A stretch of 64,000 bases of DNA from a virus (IMGVR_UViG_3300025288_001461), one strand, 5' to 3'; counted from the first letter of the stretch, positions 1-11,248 are shown. Made by a program: numbers and translations. Notes: generated from the sequence alone by a model not told the origin.

Positions 1-123
1 CATTGATTTATATATGTAATTAATTTCTTCATACACATTCTTCTACACTAGGTAAAATAATCTTCTATTGACAGGCTTTAAAATATACATTAAAGATATT
101 AAAAAGTTAAGAATAGGATAAGC

Positions 124-381
124 ATGACTACAACTGAAAAACTACAAAATTTAATTAACATTGCTATAGACTTAATTCCTCAATTACAAGAATTTCTTGT
201 TTCCGAAAAAATTGAAACAGAAGTCAAAGAATTTGTTGCTAAAAATATTATAATTCTAGATCAAATGACTAAAGTTGCTATTTATTTTAATGGTGATGAA
301 GAAACAACTAAAAAATTTATTGAAGTTTATTCATCGTCTTTAGAAGAAAATTATAATTTTGCAAAAAAATTCTTCGAATAA
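124..381 (+). CDS. hypothetical small protein (85 aa)
   Basis: Intact ATG ORF followed by a hairpin at 421-450; no recognisable motif. Confidence 0.35.
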   Translation: MTTTEKLQNLINIAIDLIPQLQEFLVSEKIETEVKEFVAKNIIILDQMTKVAIYFNGDEETTKKFIEVYSSSLEENYNFAKKFFE

Positions 382-420
382 AAAAAATATTTTTGTAGAA
401 TTTTATCATATTTGACGTAA

Positions 421-450
421 ATTACCTCGACCTAAAGGACGAGGTAATTT
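421..450. terminator. Hairpin (9-bp stem ATTACCTCG/CGAGGTAAT, 10-nt loop) between convergent genes
   Basis: Perfect inverted repeat 421-429/440-448 sits between the stop of 124..381 (+) and the stop of 452..1360 (-). Only a short T-run follows. Confidence 0.35.
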
Positions 451-451
451 A

Positions 452-1360
452 CTATAATTTAAACTTATTGTTTATTTTTTCTTCAGGCGCTCTAAATTTA
501 ACTAATTTTTCTGCTAGACCATCTAATGTAAATAGTTTAGTCACATTAACTGTATTGTCTTTTAACTCTTTAAAAGAACTGATTACATTATCTATAGCAT
601 CATTCATTTTCATTACACCAGCTTCTCCACTAAATACTTTAATGGCTCCTGCTACTATTACTGTTGGTAAAACTATTGGAGCCGTAATTAATTGAGTAAA
701 AAAATCAGACTCTTTATTATATGTTTTAAGATCACTCAAAACTTCTTTAAATCTTTGAGTTTTTGTATACATAACATCAACTGAATTTTTAACAAAATCT
801 ATTTGTTTTGATCTTCCTAAATTATTTCCAATTTCTAATTGTTTATTATTTAAATCAAAAAAATTTATTTTTTGATTTCTATTAGACTTTACCATTTCCA
901 TAACAAATTCCTTTGGTACAGTAGGTAAACCAATTGATATTGCATTATTTACTTTATCTATTGCTTGTGATGGATTTATTCCAGAACTTTGTAATCCTGT
1001 GGTGCTATCAACACTTAATCCTTTACTGAAAAATTCATTTTTAATGTTTGCTCCTACTGCTCCATAAGCAATTGAATATCTTAAAGCATTGTATAATCTT
1101 TCAGCAGATTCATTTTCTTTAATAGCCCCATTATCTAAGAACATTCTTTTATATTCTTGCAATCCAATTTTTGAACCATGCTTATCAATTAGTGCAGATT
1201 TATATTCTTTCATTAAGCCTTTAATATCATCTATTTCTTTATAATTATGCACTCCCATATGAACCCCACCGTTTACATCGTGTTGTTCGTTTTGTGATTC
1301 AGCATAAGCCGCATAAGATGTTTTTGTATAATTTTTATTAAAATCAAAAGTTTTTTTCAT
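452..1360 (-). CDS. hypothetical protein (302 aa)
   Basis: Long intact ORF, no recognisable motif. Confidence 0.55.
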   Translation of the reverse strand: MKKTFDFNKNYTKTSYAAYAESQNEQHDVNGGVHMGVHNYKEIDDIKGLMKEYKSALIDKHGSKIGLQEYKRMFLDNGAIKENESAERLYNALRYSIAYGAVGANIKNEFFSKGLSVDSTTGLQSSGINPSQAIDKVNNAISIGLPTVPKEFVMEMVKSNRNQKINFFDLNNKQLEIGNNLGRSKQIDFVKNSVDVMYTKTQRFKEVLSDLKTYNKESDFFTQLITAPIVLPTVIVAGAIKVFSGEAGVMKMNDAIDNVISSFKELKDNTVNVTKLFTLDGLAEKLVKFRAPEEKINNKFKL

Positions 1361-1471
1361 ATAATCTCCATTTTTTTAATTATATACTATTAAAAAAGAA
1401 TTGCAAACTCATCATTTGTTTTAAACTTTAATTTAAGTATAATAATAATAAAACAACTTATTATTATATTC

Positions 1472-2291
1472 TATGTTAGACGAAAGCCAATATGCATTTG
1501 AAACTCTTGTTAAAAACAAGCACTAATTCCTGATTGGTTTTTAAATGGCATTGAAAAAAGTCTTCAAGGAGAATTATTTTTTAATTCAACACAATTGGAA
1601 TCCCTAACTAAATTAGAGTTAAGCAAAATAATCGGCACCCCTCAAGAATTAAAAGCTCTAGGATTTAACTTGTCTCCAGAAGATTTAATAACACTAAACA
1701 AAGCAGCATGGCTAGTAGATGAATTAATTAATTAATATTACTCTTAGAAGTCATTATGGTTGGGGGATTCCAACTGAAGATAGCATTTCTTCTATTGTTA
1801 ATTTTATAGAAAAATCAAATCTTCCAGGACTATTAGAAATAGGAGCAGGTTCAGGATTATGGTCTGGAATAATTAGTTCAAGAACAAATAAAGATATTAT
1901 TGCTTGCGATATCAATATTCGCGCTGATACTCCACAGCCAAAATATTATCCAGTTCTAAATGAACCAGGTGAAAATCTTATTGATAAATTCCCCAATTAT
2001 CCTATTTTATTGGTTTGGACTGACATTAATAACATAGGTATTAATGTAGCAGAAAAAATCATGCTTGGTCAATCTATTATTTTAGTTGGAAATATAAGCG
2101 TGACGGGGAGTAGAAATTTTTATGAATATCTAGATAATAATTTTTCTATTGAATCTGAATTTTCTAGTAATTCATTTACGGGAAATAGTGAATCTTCTTT
2201 TATTGTGAAAAAATTATCAACACCTAATCTCCAAGAATCTTTTTTTGTAAACAAATATTTAGCAGGAAGACCAAAATTTAAATTTTGTTAA
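1472..2291 (+). pseudogene. class I SAM-dependent methyltransferase-like gene, disrupted by two frameshifts
   Basis: Three consecutive open segments in different frames (1472-1525, ~1515-1735, 1728-2291). The last carries a GxGxG SAM-binding motif (LLEIGAGSGLWSG) but has no ATG near its 5' end, and the first segment stops after 17 codons. Confidence 0.45.
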
Positions 2292-3414
2292 TCTTTTTTT
2301 TTTGTGGTAGATTTATGTCTACTTCATTTTGTAAAATCATATAATTATTAAACTCTTCATATCTATCTATAGGTATACCAATTATTCTAAATACATCTAT
2401 ACATTCTTGATTTTTATTTAAGTTAATTGATTTAAGAATATACTCCCTTAATTTTATATCTATATTTATTAATTTAGTGTCTTTCCTTAATTTGCTAAAA
2501 TATCTAGTGCTACTACGATATTCTCTTTTTTCTTCTTCCTTTTTTAATTGCTCTTCTTTTTTATAAGCTAATGAAACCATCATATATTCCAATTTATTAA
2601 TACCAGTTAAAGATTCATAATCACTTAATAGAATATCAATTATAGGACTTACAATTTGCTTATCTTCATTATTTAAATCACTTATTGGATATTTTATTAA
2701 TTCATAAAATATATTATGAAAAATATCTGTCTCATCATCTAGCATATAGGATACTAATTTGTCGTCATAAAATGAATCAAAACAATCATAATAATAACTT
2801 TCCCAAGATTTAATATTGTAGTATAATCCACTATCTAAAATTTTTCCAGTTAATACTAATAAGGAATAATCATTTGTTGATTTTTCTAAATAAATTTTCA
2901 AAAAATCATTAAAAAAGTCACTATTCTCATTATATAATGCTCCCATTAACCAATAATGTCTTTGGTTTTTAAGAAATAATAATGAATTCAATAATATATC
3001 TGCATAATTTAGAGCAACTTCATAATTTTTTGTGTATGCAAAATAATTTTTTCTAAAAACATATCCTAATTCTGTTTCGCTATAAATTAAAAAAGGTGCA
3101 ATCTCCTCAAGGAATTCACTATCACATTTCTTGTAGATGTTTTTGAAGTGTTCATTTTGAATTGCTCTATATTCATCCTCTAAATCTTCAATAAACCCTT
3201 GACCAGCACTTACTATTTCATCTTCACTTAAAATACTTCCAATAGATTTATGAAAATCTTTTTCTAATGAATTTTTTACTCCTATTAAATCCATTGATGC
3301 TAAAAATGAAAAAAATATTAAATTATTTTCTTTCCATTTTTCAATCTTTAGTTGAACTTTCTCAGTTAATACTTTTTTCACTAAATTATCCTTATTTAAA
3401 TATTGCAAACTCAA
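2278..3414 (-). CDS. hypothetical protein (378 aa)
   Basis: Intact ORF, 3 nt from the next minus-strand gene (likely operon). Confidence 0.55.
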   Translation of the reverse strand: MSLQYLNKDNLVKKVLTEKVQLKIEKWKENNLIFFSFLASMDLIGVKNSLEKDFHKSIGSILSEDEIVSAGQGFIEDLEDEYRAIQNEHFKNIYKKCDSEFLEEIAPFLIYSETELGYVFRKNYFAYTKNYEVALNYADILLNSLLFLKNQRHYWLMGALYNENSDFFNDFLKIYLEKSTNDYSLLVLTGKILDSGLYYNIKSWESYYYDCFDSFYDDKLVSYMLDDETDIFHNIFYELIKYPISDLNNEDKQIVSPIIDILLSDYESLTGINKLEYMMVSLAYKKEEQLKKEEEKREYRSSTRYFSKLRKDTKLINIDIKLREYILKSINLNKNQECIDVFRIIGIPIDRYEEFNNYMILQNEVDINLPQKKKINKI

Positions 3415-3417
3415 ACA

Positions 3418-4251
3418 CTATATCTTAATTCCTCTTTTACTTCCACTAATAATTTCATTTACTTTTAAATCCTCATTTAATATAGCATATCTTTTTTTAA
3501 CAATATATTCCTTAAATGATGATTCCACTTTAGATATATGCTCTGAACTGTTATTTGTAGATATACTTATTGCTTTCATGATTTTATTAAACAATATATC
3601 TATATTTTCTAAATTAGGTAATTCTATATTTTTGTTCTTTAAAAAATTTGCTTTTGCATCAGAATAATTAATTATTAATTCATATTTTGGAGAAAATATA
3701 TCTTCATCAAACTTTATTGAAAAAGAACCATGTGAAGACTTACTTTTATAATGAAATGAACCCTGACTACCCTTCATGTCCATAATATTGAAATCTAATT
3801 TATTCTGAATTTTTTCTAATTCATCAAAATTTTCTTCATTAAAAAGTTTAGTTATGATAGCAATTATTTTTGAGTTTGATGATATCATTTTCTTTTTACT
3901 TTTAGTTATCTTTAACACCTCTATGTGCTTAACATTTACATCTTCAATACAGGCAACACTTAAAAGTAACAATTGATTTTCTAGTGAAAAATGCTTTAAC
4001 ACCTCAACCTCTCTCTTTGTTCTACATTCTTCTATCTCTTTTTTATTTGTAGATGTTGATGAAAAACTAAAAAAGAATGGTGTGTTTAGAATCCTTAAAC
4101 ATATTTTTTTTGATAAGACTAATTTAGTTGATAAATTTTGATTTTCAAACCAAGAATCTATTTTAGATTTATTAAAATCTTTTACTGCATACACTAACTC
4201 TCTAAATACTGGACAATTTAAATCATCAATGTTCAATACATTATTCTTCAT
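3418..4251 (-). CDS. hypothetical protein (277 aa)
   Basis: Intact ORF directly upstream of 2278..3414 on the same strand. Confidence 0.55.
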   Translation of the reverse strand: MKNNVLNIDDLNCPVFRELVYAVKDFNKSKIDSWFENQNLSTKLVLSKKICLRILNTPFFFSFSSTSTNKKEIEECRTKREVEVLKHFSLENQLLLLSVACIEDVNVKHIEVLKITKSKKKMISSNSKIIAIITKLFNEENFDELEKIQNKLDFNIMDMKGSQGSFHYKSKSSHGSFSIKFDEDIFSPKYELIINYSDAKANFLKNKNIELPNLENIDILFNKIMKAISISTNNSSEHISKVESSFKEYIVKKRYAILNEDLKVNEIISGSKRGIKI

Positions 4252-4367
4252 AATATCTCATTCTTTCTTTTTACTACTTAATTCATTCTATTCTATCAAA
4301 AAAATTAAAATACTCAAAATACACCAAAATAAGTTTAAAACATTCAATAGATTAGGGTAAACCCCCC

Positions 4368-4411
4368 TTTTTTGACTTGACATTTTTTGACTTGACATTT
4401 TTTAACTTGCA
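4368..4411 (+). promoter_or_regulatory. Three tandem ~15-bp repeats (TTTTTTGACTTGACA x2 + TTTTTTAACTTGCA), each with a -35-like TTGACA/TTGCA box
   Basis: Direct repeats read at 4368-4382, 4383-4397 and 4398-4411, 45-90 bp upstream of the ATG at 4456. A TATGCT -10-like hexamer lies 17 bp after the second TTGACA. Confidence 0.4.
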
Positions 4412-4455
4412 TTTTATGCTTATTATTAATTCTTATTAATAATAAAAAAACATAT

Positions 4456-6375
4456 ATGAGCCAAAACAGCTATTTAATTTTTGAGACAAAAATTGGTGAT
4501 AATGCCGTTATCTCATTTGATCTTTTTGACACATTAGTCGAATCTACATTTTTTGAAAATTCAGACTTGTTTGAACTTATGAGTCCTGAAGTTGAAAGTT
4601 TTTTAGGGAAGAAAAATTTTAATTTTAAAAAAATACGACTTCTAGCTGAAAAATTAGCACATAAAAATAAAAAAACTGAAACAATCGATCTTAATGATAT
4701 TTATGCAGAAATAAAGACTCTTACAAATCTTGAAAAATCTCATATTATGGAAATCGAAAAAATTGAATTGTGCTACGAACAAAGATTTTATCAAACTAAA
4801 AATATTGGACAACAGATATATGGTGTCGCTAAATCTTTAAATAAAAAAATAATAATAGTTACTGACACTTATCTCCCAAGATTCTTTATTGAAGGGCTAC
4901 TTGAAAGAACAGGTTATACTGATTATGATGAGCTTTTTTTAACTTCTGATATTGGTTTAAGCAAAAAAACAGGAAATATTTTCCCATATGTTTGTAAAAA
5001 GATGTATTGTGATGAAAAATATTTTCTTCATATTGGTGATGACGAAATAGAAGATGTTAAAAATCCTCAAATTTATGGCATAAATACAATGTCTATTTTA
5101 TCAAGCAAAGAATCTTATATAAATAGTTTTTACTATCAAAATATTTGGAAGAATAATGAAAGTAATAATATTTTATCTACGAGACTTATTCATGGACTAC
5201 TTGCTTTAAATTTTTATAAAACCATAGATAATCAAAGTTTAAATTCTGATAAAATTGCTTTTAATCAAGACCCACATAGATTAGGTTATTTTGGTTTAGG
5301 CCCTATTTTGTTGAGTTACATTCAATGGATTATTCAAAAAAGTCAAGATGACTATACTAAACACATTTACTTTTTAAGTAATAATGGAAGTTTTATTAAA
5401 AAAGCATATGATACCATTTCACGATATTACTCTCAAGCTCCAATTGGATATGAACTTTTAGCCTCGTCACAAATCTGTAAAATAGCCAAACTTTGTAAAC
5501 CTCACGAATTATTTTTTAAAATAGAAGAACCTTATTCTAATATTAATATTAAAGATTTATTTCTTGATAGATTTAGTATAAATATTAGTAAACATCTTGA
5601 TATTCTTGAAAAACATGGCTTAACTATTAATAGTGTTGTTGACCAAAGTATTAATGAAAAACAAGTATTTTCTATATTTGAAGAACTAATATCAACAATT
5701 ACAACTAATTCTGATAATGAGAAAAACTATTACAGTGCCTACTTACGCTATAATAATCTTCCTAATCCAGACCATTCAGCATTAGTGGATATTGGATTTA
5801 AAGAAAACATTCAATCTACAATTTCAGAAATTGCTAAACAAAAAATCGGGGGCTATTATCTTGTCACATTTATAGATATGATAGAACAAATTAAAAAACA
5901 AGGAATGCAAATATCAGGATATCTTGGAAATTTTGAAGAACCAAATTATAGAGAAAATCCTATTGATTTATTTTTCAATTCAGTTGAAAAAGAATTTTTA
6001 ACTTTTGAGCTTAATGATAATACAATTAATCCTATTTTTACAGAACAAACTAATAATGAATTTAAAATAAAATTTATTACAGAAGTACAAGAATCTGCAT
6101 TAAAATTTATTGCAGATTTTGAAACCATTTATAACAAACACATCCCCCAATTTTATTTTAGTCCAAAACAAACAGTTAAACCACTTCTTTATTTTTTAAA
6201 TCAGAAAACAGAATCTTCAAAAATATTTAAAAATTTTACAGCAGTAGCCAAAGTAGAACAAGAAAAAACTACCCAAACACAAACTAAAAATATTAAAGAT
6301 AATGAATTTAAAAAAAAAGAAGGAATCTTTAAAATGTTATGGCTAGGATTATTGGGAATTAAGAAATCTTTATGA
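4456..6375 (+). CDS. hypothetical protein (639 aa), first gene of a capsule-type locus
   Basis: N-terminal ISFDLFDTLV motif resembles HAD-like hydrolase motif I (DxD) seen in capsule-locus hydrolases. The stop overlaps the start of the kpsC-like gene (ATGA), suggesting translational coupling. Confidence 0.55.
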   Translation: MSQNSYLIFETKIGDNAVISFDLFDTLVESTFFENSDLFELMSPEVESFLGKKNFNFKKIRLLAEKLAHKNKKTETIDLNDIYAEIKTLTNLEKSHIMEIEKIELCYEQRFYQTKNIGQQIYGVAKSLNKKIIIVTDTYLPRFFIEGLLERTGYTDYDELFLTSDIGLSKKTGNIFPYVCKKMYCDEKYFLHIGDDEIEDVKNPQIYGINTMSILSSKESYINSFYYQNIWKNNESNNILSTRLIHGLLALNFYKTIDNQSLNSDKIAFNQDPHRLGYFGLGPILLSYIQWIIQKSQDDYTKHIYFLSNNGSFIKKAYDTISRYYSQAPIGYELLASSQICKIAKLCKPHELFFKIEEPYSNINIKDLFLDRFSINISKHLDILEKHGLTINSVVDQSINEKQVFSIFEELISTITTNSDNEKNYYSAYLRYNNLPNPDHSALVDIGFKENIQSTISEIAKQKIGGYYLVTFIDMIEQIKKQGMQISGYLGNFEEPNYRENPIDLFFNSVEKEFLTFELNDNTINPIFTEQTNNEFKIKFITEVQESALKFIADFETIYNKHIPQFYFSPKQTVKPLLYFLNQKTESSKIFKNFTAVAKVEQEKTTQTQTKNIKDNEFKKKEGIFKMLWLGLLGIKKSL

Positions 6376-8286
6376 TTAATACCAAAAATGAAAAGTTAAA
6401 ACAAATTACGTTTATAAAAGAATTCCTTGGAGAAGAACTCAATAGCGAAATAAATAAAGATACAAGTTGTCTTGCACTTTGTGAAACTGAACAATTAGAT
6501 GAAACTATAAACGAAAGTAATCCATTACCTACTGTTAGATTTTCTAATGGATTAATTTCATCTTACTCTAAAAATGAACCAACTTATAGCCTTTATTGTT
6601 CTCTTACAAGTATGTATTATGATTTTAATCAGGAATCAAATATAGAATATTTATTAAAAACAAATTGGTAACCATCTCAAGAAGATATTAAAAAAGCAAA
6701 TCTTGCTATAGAAATGATTAATAAATATGGGATTACTAAATACAATGATTATCCCGACATTTCTGAAGAAGTTTTTAAAACAAGAGCATTTCACAATATA
6801 TTATTAATTGATCAACCAATTGATGATGAAAGTGTGCTTCTTGGTTGTGCGAATGAAGAAACATTTAATGATATGTTTTTATATGCTTTTGATGGCTTCC
6901 CTTATTCTAAAATATATATAAAACTTCATCCAGAAACAATTGATGGAAAAAAGATGGCTACCTTTATAAAACACTTAAAAAACATAAACTTTTAGATCAT
7001 CCATCTATTATTATCATTAGTGAACAATGTAGTATTGCTTCAACCCTTAACTTTATTGATGAAATTTTTGTTGTTTCTTCACAATTTGGATTTGAAGCAT
7101 TACTACGTGGTAAAAAAGTAACATGTTTTGGTATGCCATTTTATAGTGGCTTAGGTCTAACTACTGACATCCAGGTCTCAACTATACCTAAATATCCAAG
7201 AACAATTATAGATTTATTTGTAGCTATCATGCTAGAAAACACTCTTTACATTAATCCTTTTACTAAAAAAAGAGGAACAATTTTAGACCTATTAGAATAT
7301 ATCTGTTTGCAGAAAAGGCATACCAATAAAAATGAAATAGTTCTTTTTAACACAGAAAAATTTTCACCGGGAACAATTGAATCATTTTTTTCAACTATTA
7401 AAAAAAACATTTCTTCGGTTATTAATCCAAAACATCTTAATCAACATCAAGAAAAACTAATCATTACTGATAATATAAAAAATCATAAATTAAGCATTAA
7501 AAATAAAGCAAAAGCACATGCCTTTATAGGAAGTGGATTTTTATATTCAATTCAAACAAACAGAAATCTAGTTCAATGATTGTTGATTATAATGGAGCAT
7601 ATTTTTAACCACAAAATAAATCAGATTTATTTTATATATTAAATACTGAGATATTTACTAAATATGAAATACAATTAGCTACCAAAATTATTGAATCATT
7701 TAATTCAATATCTAATGAAAATAACTCAAAAACCATCTTAATAATTGGAGAAGATGAAAAAAGTGAAAAATTTCAATCCTATTGTCCAGAAGATTTAACT
7801 TTAAATTATGAATTTATAAAATTAGTTTGTACAAACAATAAGAATTGTAATATTATGTACAAAAATAATTCACCAAAAGAATCTAAAAATTTTAATTTTT
7901 TAGAATTACAAACAATGGCCTATAAAAATGGTAATTTTTTAATGGTTGAAACTGAAAAAACAATAGAACAATGTTTAGATTTTTGTTCTGAATTTCATAC
8001 TATTGGATCTGACTTTGCTTTATTAGCACTTTTAAAACATAAAAAGGTCTTTACTTATGGCTACCATTTTTATGCTGGATTCAACCTTACTGAAGACAGG
8101 CAACAATTTTCTAAAAGAAAACTTTCACTAGAAGAACTCATCCTTGGAGCTATAATGCTTTATCCAAGATATATAACCCCTAATAACAATAGCTTTACCA
8201 ATGTATTTAAAGCAATTGAGTATCAACATTTAATGGATAATCAACCTACTAAAAAACAGTCATTTTTAAAGAGGTTATTTATATAA
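6372..8286 (+). pseudogene. kpsC: kpsC-like capsule polysaccharide biosynthesis gene (two Capsule_synth-like domains), fragmented
   Basis: Four collinear open segments: 6372-6671 (frame 0, ends in TAA), 6672-6995 (frame 0), 6998-7579 (frame 2), 7609-8286 (frame 1). The GFEALLRGKKVTCFGMPFYSGLGLT and GSDFALLALLKHKKVFTYGYHFYAGFNLT motifs match the two KpsC/KpsS-family repeats. Confidence 0.6.
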
Positions 8287-8404
8287 TTAATTTAATTCTT
8301 CTAAATTCATAATTTGTTATTTATTAATAATTATGGTAATATTTAAATATCAAGCCTAAAGGCTTTCGTTCTTACATCTACTGTCTTAAGTCCGTAGTTT
8401 TACA

Positions 8405-9085
8405 TTGTTGAAGGATAAAAAATTGATAGAAACAGTAAAAGAAAAAATTAAAAATATTTTTTTAACATATTTTGTTATATTTATACCAATGTGGCTAATT
8501 TTTATAATTAATAATGGACTAATGATTAATTCCTTAAATTCATTTGGTATAAAACCAAGAAATGTTAACTTTATAGAAATAATAGCAGTTATGTTTTCTT
8601 GGACATTGCATGCTAATTTCAATCACATTTTAAATAATTCATTAGGTTTAGTGGGGCTTTTATTTTTTGTTTCTCTATTAGAAAATAAAATATTTCATTT
8701 ATTATTTCTCCTAATTCTTACATCAGGATTCTCCACTTGGTTATTAGGTTCAGATAACAGCATTCATATTGGTGCCTCTGGTCTTGTTTTTGCATTATTT
8801 GGTTATGTTCTGTCTGCATCAACACTAGGAAGGAAATGGCTTTATTTTATTCCTGTTTCTTTAGCTTTTTTCTTTTATGGATTTGCATACTACGAAGGGT
8901 TTATTAATGGTCTAATATTAAAAGATGGAGTTTCTTTGGCTGCTCACTTTGGTGGGTTGGTTAGTGGTATTTTTGTTGGAATATATTTCCAATCAATAAT
9001 CAAAGAAGATATTTACTCATACAGAAAAAAATTGACCATTAAAGAGTGGCTCAATGAATCCATTAATAAATTAAAAAACAAATAA
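8405..9085 (+). CDS. rhomboid-family intramembrane serine protease
   Basis: Multi-TM protein with catalytic GASGLVFALFG (GxSG) and a later AAHFGGLVSG His motif. TTG start as given in the ORF track. Confidence 0.7.
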   Translation: MLKDKKLIETVKEKIKNIFLTYFVIFIPMWLIFIINNGLMINSLNSFGIKPRNVNFIEIIAVMFSWTLHANFNHILNNSLGLVGLLFFVSLLENKIFHLLFLLILTSGFSTWLLGSDNSIHIGASGLVFALFGYVLSASTLGRKWLYFIPVSLAFFFYGFAYYEGFINGLILKDGVSLAAHFGGLVSGIFVGIYFQSIIKEDIYSYRKKLTIKEWLNESINKLKNK

Positions 9086-9103
9086 TTATTTTTTTGTTTC
9101 TGA

Positions 9104-9877
9104 TTATGTAAATCCACCAAATGTTTGAATATCCTCTTGATTAATTGGACCACTTTTCATTTTTGAAGACTTATACTTATAACCTTCGTTCATTAATGGT
9201 AATTTTTTAACTTGCTCATTATAAATATTGCGATTTTTATGCATAAATCTTTGAACACTAACCATTAATATAGCTAAAATTAAACACTGTGTTTGTGCCT
9301 TAGTTACATCAAGCCAAGCCGATGAATCAAACATTTTAGCATATCTTGATTGTTCATTTTTTGATGAACTATTAACTTTCCAAGCAATAATTTCTTCAAG
9401 CATTTCTCTATTTTTAAAAACATATTCTTCTATATGCAATAGCAACATAGCCTGAGGCTCAATAGTTTTCCCCAAAAATCTAAATATATTTTTCTTTTTT
9501 TCTTCCCTAATTAAAAAATATATATAACTAACACTAATGATTGGTAACAAAACTGCAAAAATATAAATTGGTTTTTTCTCACCTATCAAAAAAAAACAAC
9601 CAAATATTGAAATTAGTAAAGAAAAGAAAAACAAGGCTATTATTAGAGGATTTTTAATCACTATTTTTGCAATACCAAAACTACCAAGTTCCTCTTTTAA
9701 TTCATGTTCTACAACAGCAAAGAAGCGCAACATTTCTCTTGCCCAAATAACATCATCTATTTTTTCTTGTTCTGTCATAATTAAACCTTTAATTCGAATA
9801 ATAATAATTATAAAAATAAAAATAAAAAATGCAAATATTTGTATTTTATATTTTATAGATTTATGTATTCCACCCAC
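9104..9877 (-). CDS. hypothetical integral membrane protein (257 aa)
   Basis: Several hydrophobic segments, no catalytic motif recognised. Confidence 0.5.
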   Translation of the reverse strand: MGGIHKSIKYKIQIFAFFIFIFIIIIIRIKGLIMTEQEKIDDVIWAREMLRFFAVVEHELKEELGSFGIAKIVIKNPLIIALFFFSLLISIFGCFFLIGEKKPIYIFAVLLPIISVSYIYFLIREEKKKNIFRFLGKTIEPQAMLLLHIEEYVFKNREMLEEIIAWKVNSSSKNEQSRYAKMFDSSAWLDVTKAQTQCLILAILMVSVQRFMHKNRNIYNEQVKKLPLMNEGYKYKSSKMKSGPINQEDIQTFGGFT

Positions 9878-10356
9878 TCATAGATTGACTTCACATTGCC
9901 AACATTTCAAAATAATGTATACTCAAAATTGTTTTTAACGATTGAATTTACCTTATGAATAGAATTATTATTATTATCTTTCTTTTTTTTTCAAGCTTTA
10001 ATTATTTTTTATTTTTGGATAAAGTTAAACGATAGAACCTAGACTTGTCCAAGCTGTAATGCCCAACATGATAGAGAGAAAAATGCTTGTATTAACTTAT
10101 TTAATTATAAAAATACCGTAGGAACTACGGTTAATGCCTGTGGAGGAAACTACTTCAGATCTAATGACTTAAGTAGAATTGTAAGACCAAAGAAGACGAA
10201 GAAAGTTATTTCTAAATCTTTAATGGCTAATTCCAGCGAAAGCAACGCAACAAGTTGCATTAAAGCAGGAATCCATGTTAACTTAAGTTGAAAACTTGAA
10301 GTTTTTTCCTTTAGGGCATGGCAGTTCAATATTCTGATTAAAATTAAAAAATAAAG

Positions 10357-10848
10357 TTAAATCTTTCTTGATACTTTAGATTCTTTTTTAGTATTATTTT
10401 CTTCAAACCACATTAATAAAAAAGTTTTACTATCAATTACTTCTGTATTATCTTCTAACCCTAATTCAACCAATACATTATTGAGTTCATAATATGGTAA
10501 TTTTTTATATCCATAAGCAATAGAACCACCATAATAATCACTATCATCTTGAGTGCTAGTTTCAATTTTATTAGAAATTTTTCTAAATTGCATGTATGAT
10601 ACATTTTCAAAATAAGCCATTAGAAAATCATCTAAATCTGTAAGTTCAGACTCAACATCACTACTTACAGTGTGTGAACCACCCCAACAGTCATTTGATA
10701 TTCCTCCAAGACTCCATTTTGTTGAAAATCCACTCTTAAGTCTAGAGTCCATATAAGATAAGAAATTATCTTCCTTAAAATGTCCAAGATAAACATCTTT
10801 TAACAAAAATGGAACTAATTTTTCTAAAAACTCTTGTGAAAACTTCAT
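10357..10848 (-). CDS. hypothetical protein (163 aa)
   Basis: Intact ORF 28 bp downstream of the RelE/ParE-like ORF on the same strand. Confidence 0.5.
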   Translation of the reverse strand: MKFSQEFLEKLVPFLLKDVYLGHFKEDNFLSYMDSRLKSGFSTKWSLGGISNDCWGGSHTVSSDVESELTDLDDFLMAYFENVSYMQFRKISNKIETSTQDDSDYYGGSIAYGYKKLPYYELNNVLVELGLEDNTEVIDSKTFLLMWFEENNTKKESKVSRKI

Positions 10849-10876
10849 TTGTACCTCTATTTACAATTTTAATAAT

Positions 10877-11248
10877 TTACGATTTTAAACCAACACTATG
10901 TTTTTGTCCACTTGTTTTTTCTTTAGAAACAACATCTCTAATGTTTTGCATATGATTAAGTTTTTTAATTACATTGTTATAGTCTTCATGAGAACCAATC
11001 CAAAACCAAATATAAGCAGTTTTACCATTTTCATCTTTTGTTTTTTTTGCTAATGCTCTATATCTTTGATTCACTTGAGCACTCCAAGCTTCATTATTTG
11101 ATATTGCTAAAGGCTTAAATGATACTGAATTTTGGTCTTCTTTCCATTTTAAAAACGATATTTGCGCCTGCTTTTGAATATCTATTGGTAATTTTCCTAA
11201 TAATTTATTAAAAGTTCCAGTTTTAAAACTGCAAAATTCTGAAGTCAT
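10877..11248 (-). CDS. RelE/ParE-superfamily toxin-like protein
   Basis: C-terminal FKPL...AWSAQVNQRYRAL...AYIWFWIGSHEDYNN resembles the RelE/ParE/YafQ fold signature (…R…YR… then a WIG.H.dY motif). At 123 aa it is longer than typical toxins. Confidence 0.4.
   Translation of the reverse strand: MTSEFCSFKTGTFNKLLGKLPIDIQKQAQISFLKWKEDQNSVSFKPLAISNNEAWSAQVNQRYRALAKKTKDENGKTAYIWFWIGSHEDYNNVIKKLNHMQNIRDVVSKEKTSGQKHSVGLKS

Noticed and set aside
468-695. 75-aa plus ORF
   Set aside because: Embedded antisense within the 302-aa gene 452..1360.
5946-6128. 60-aa minus ORF
   Set aside because: Antisense inside the 639-aa gene.
8386-8622. 78-aa minus ORF
   Set aside because: Antisense overlap with the rhomboid protease N-terminus; low-complexity translation.
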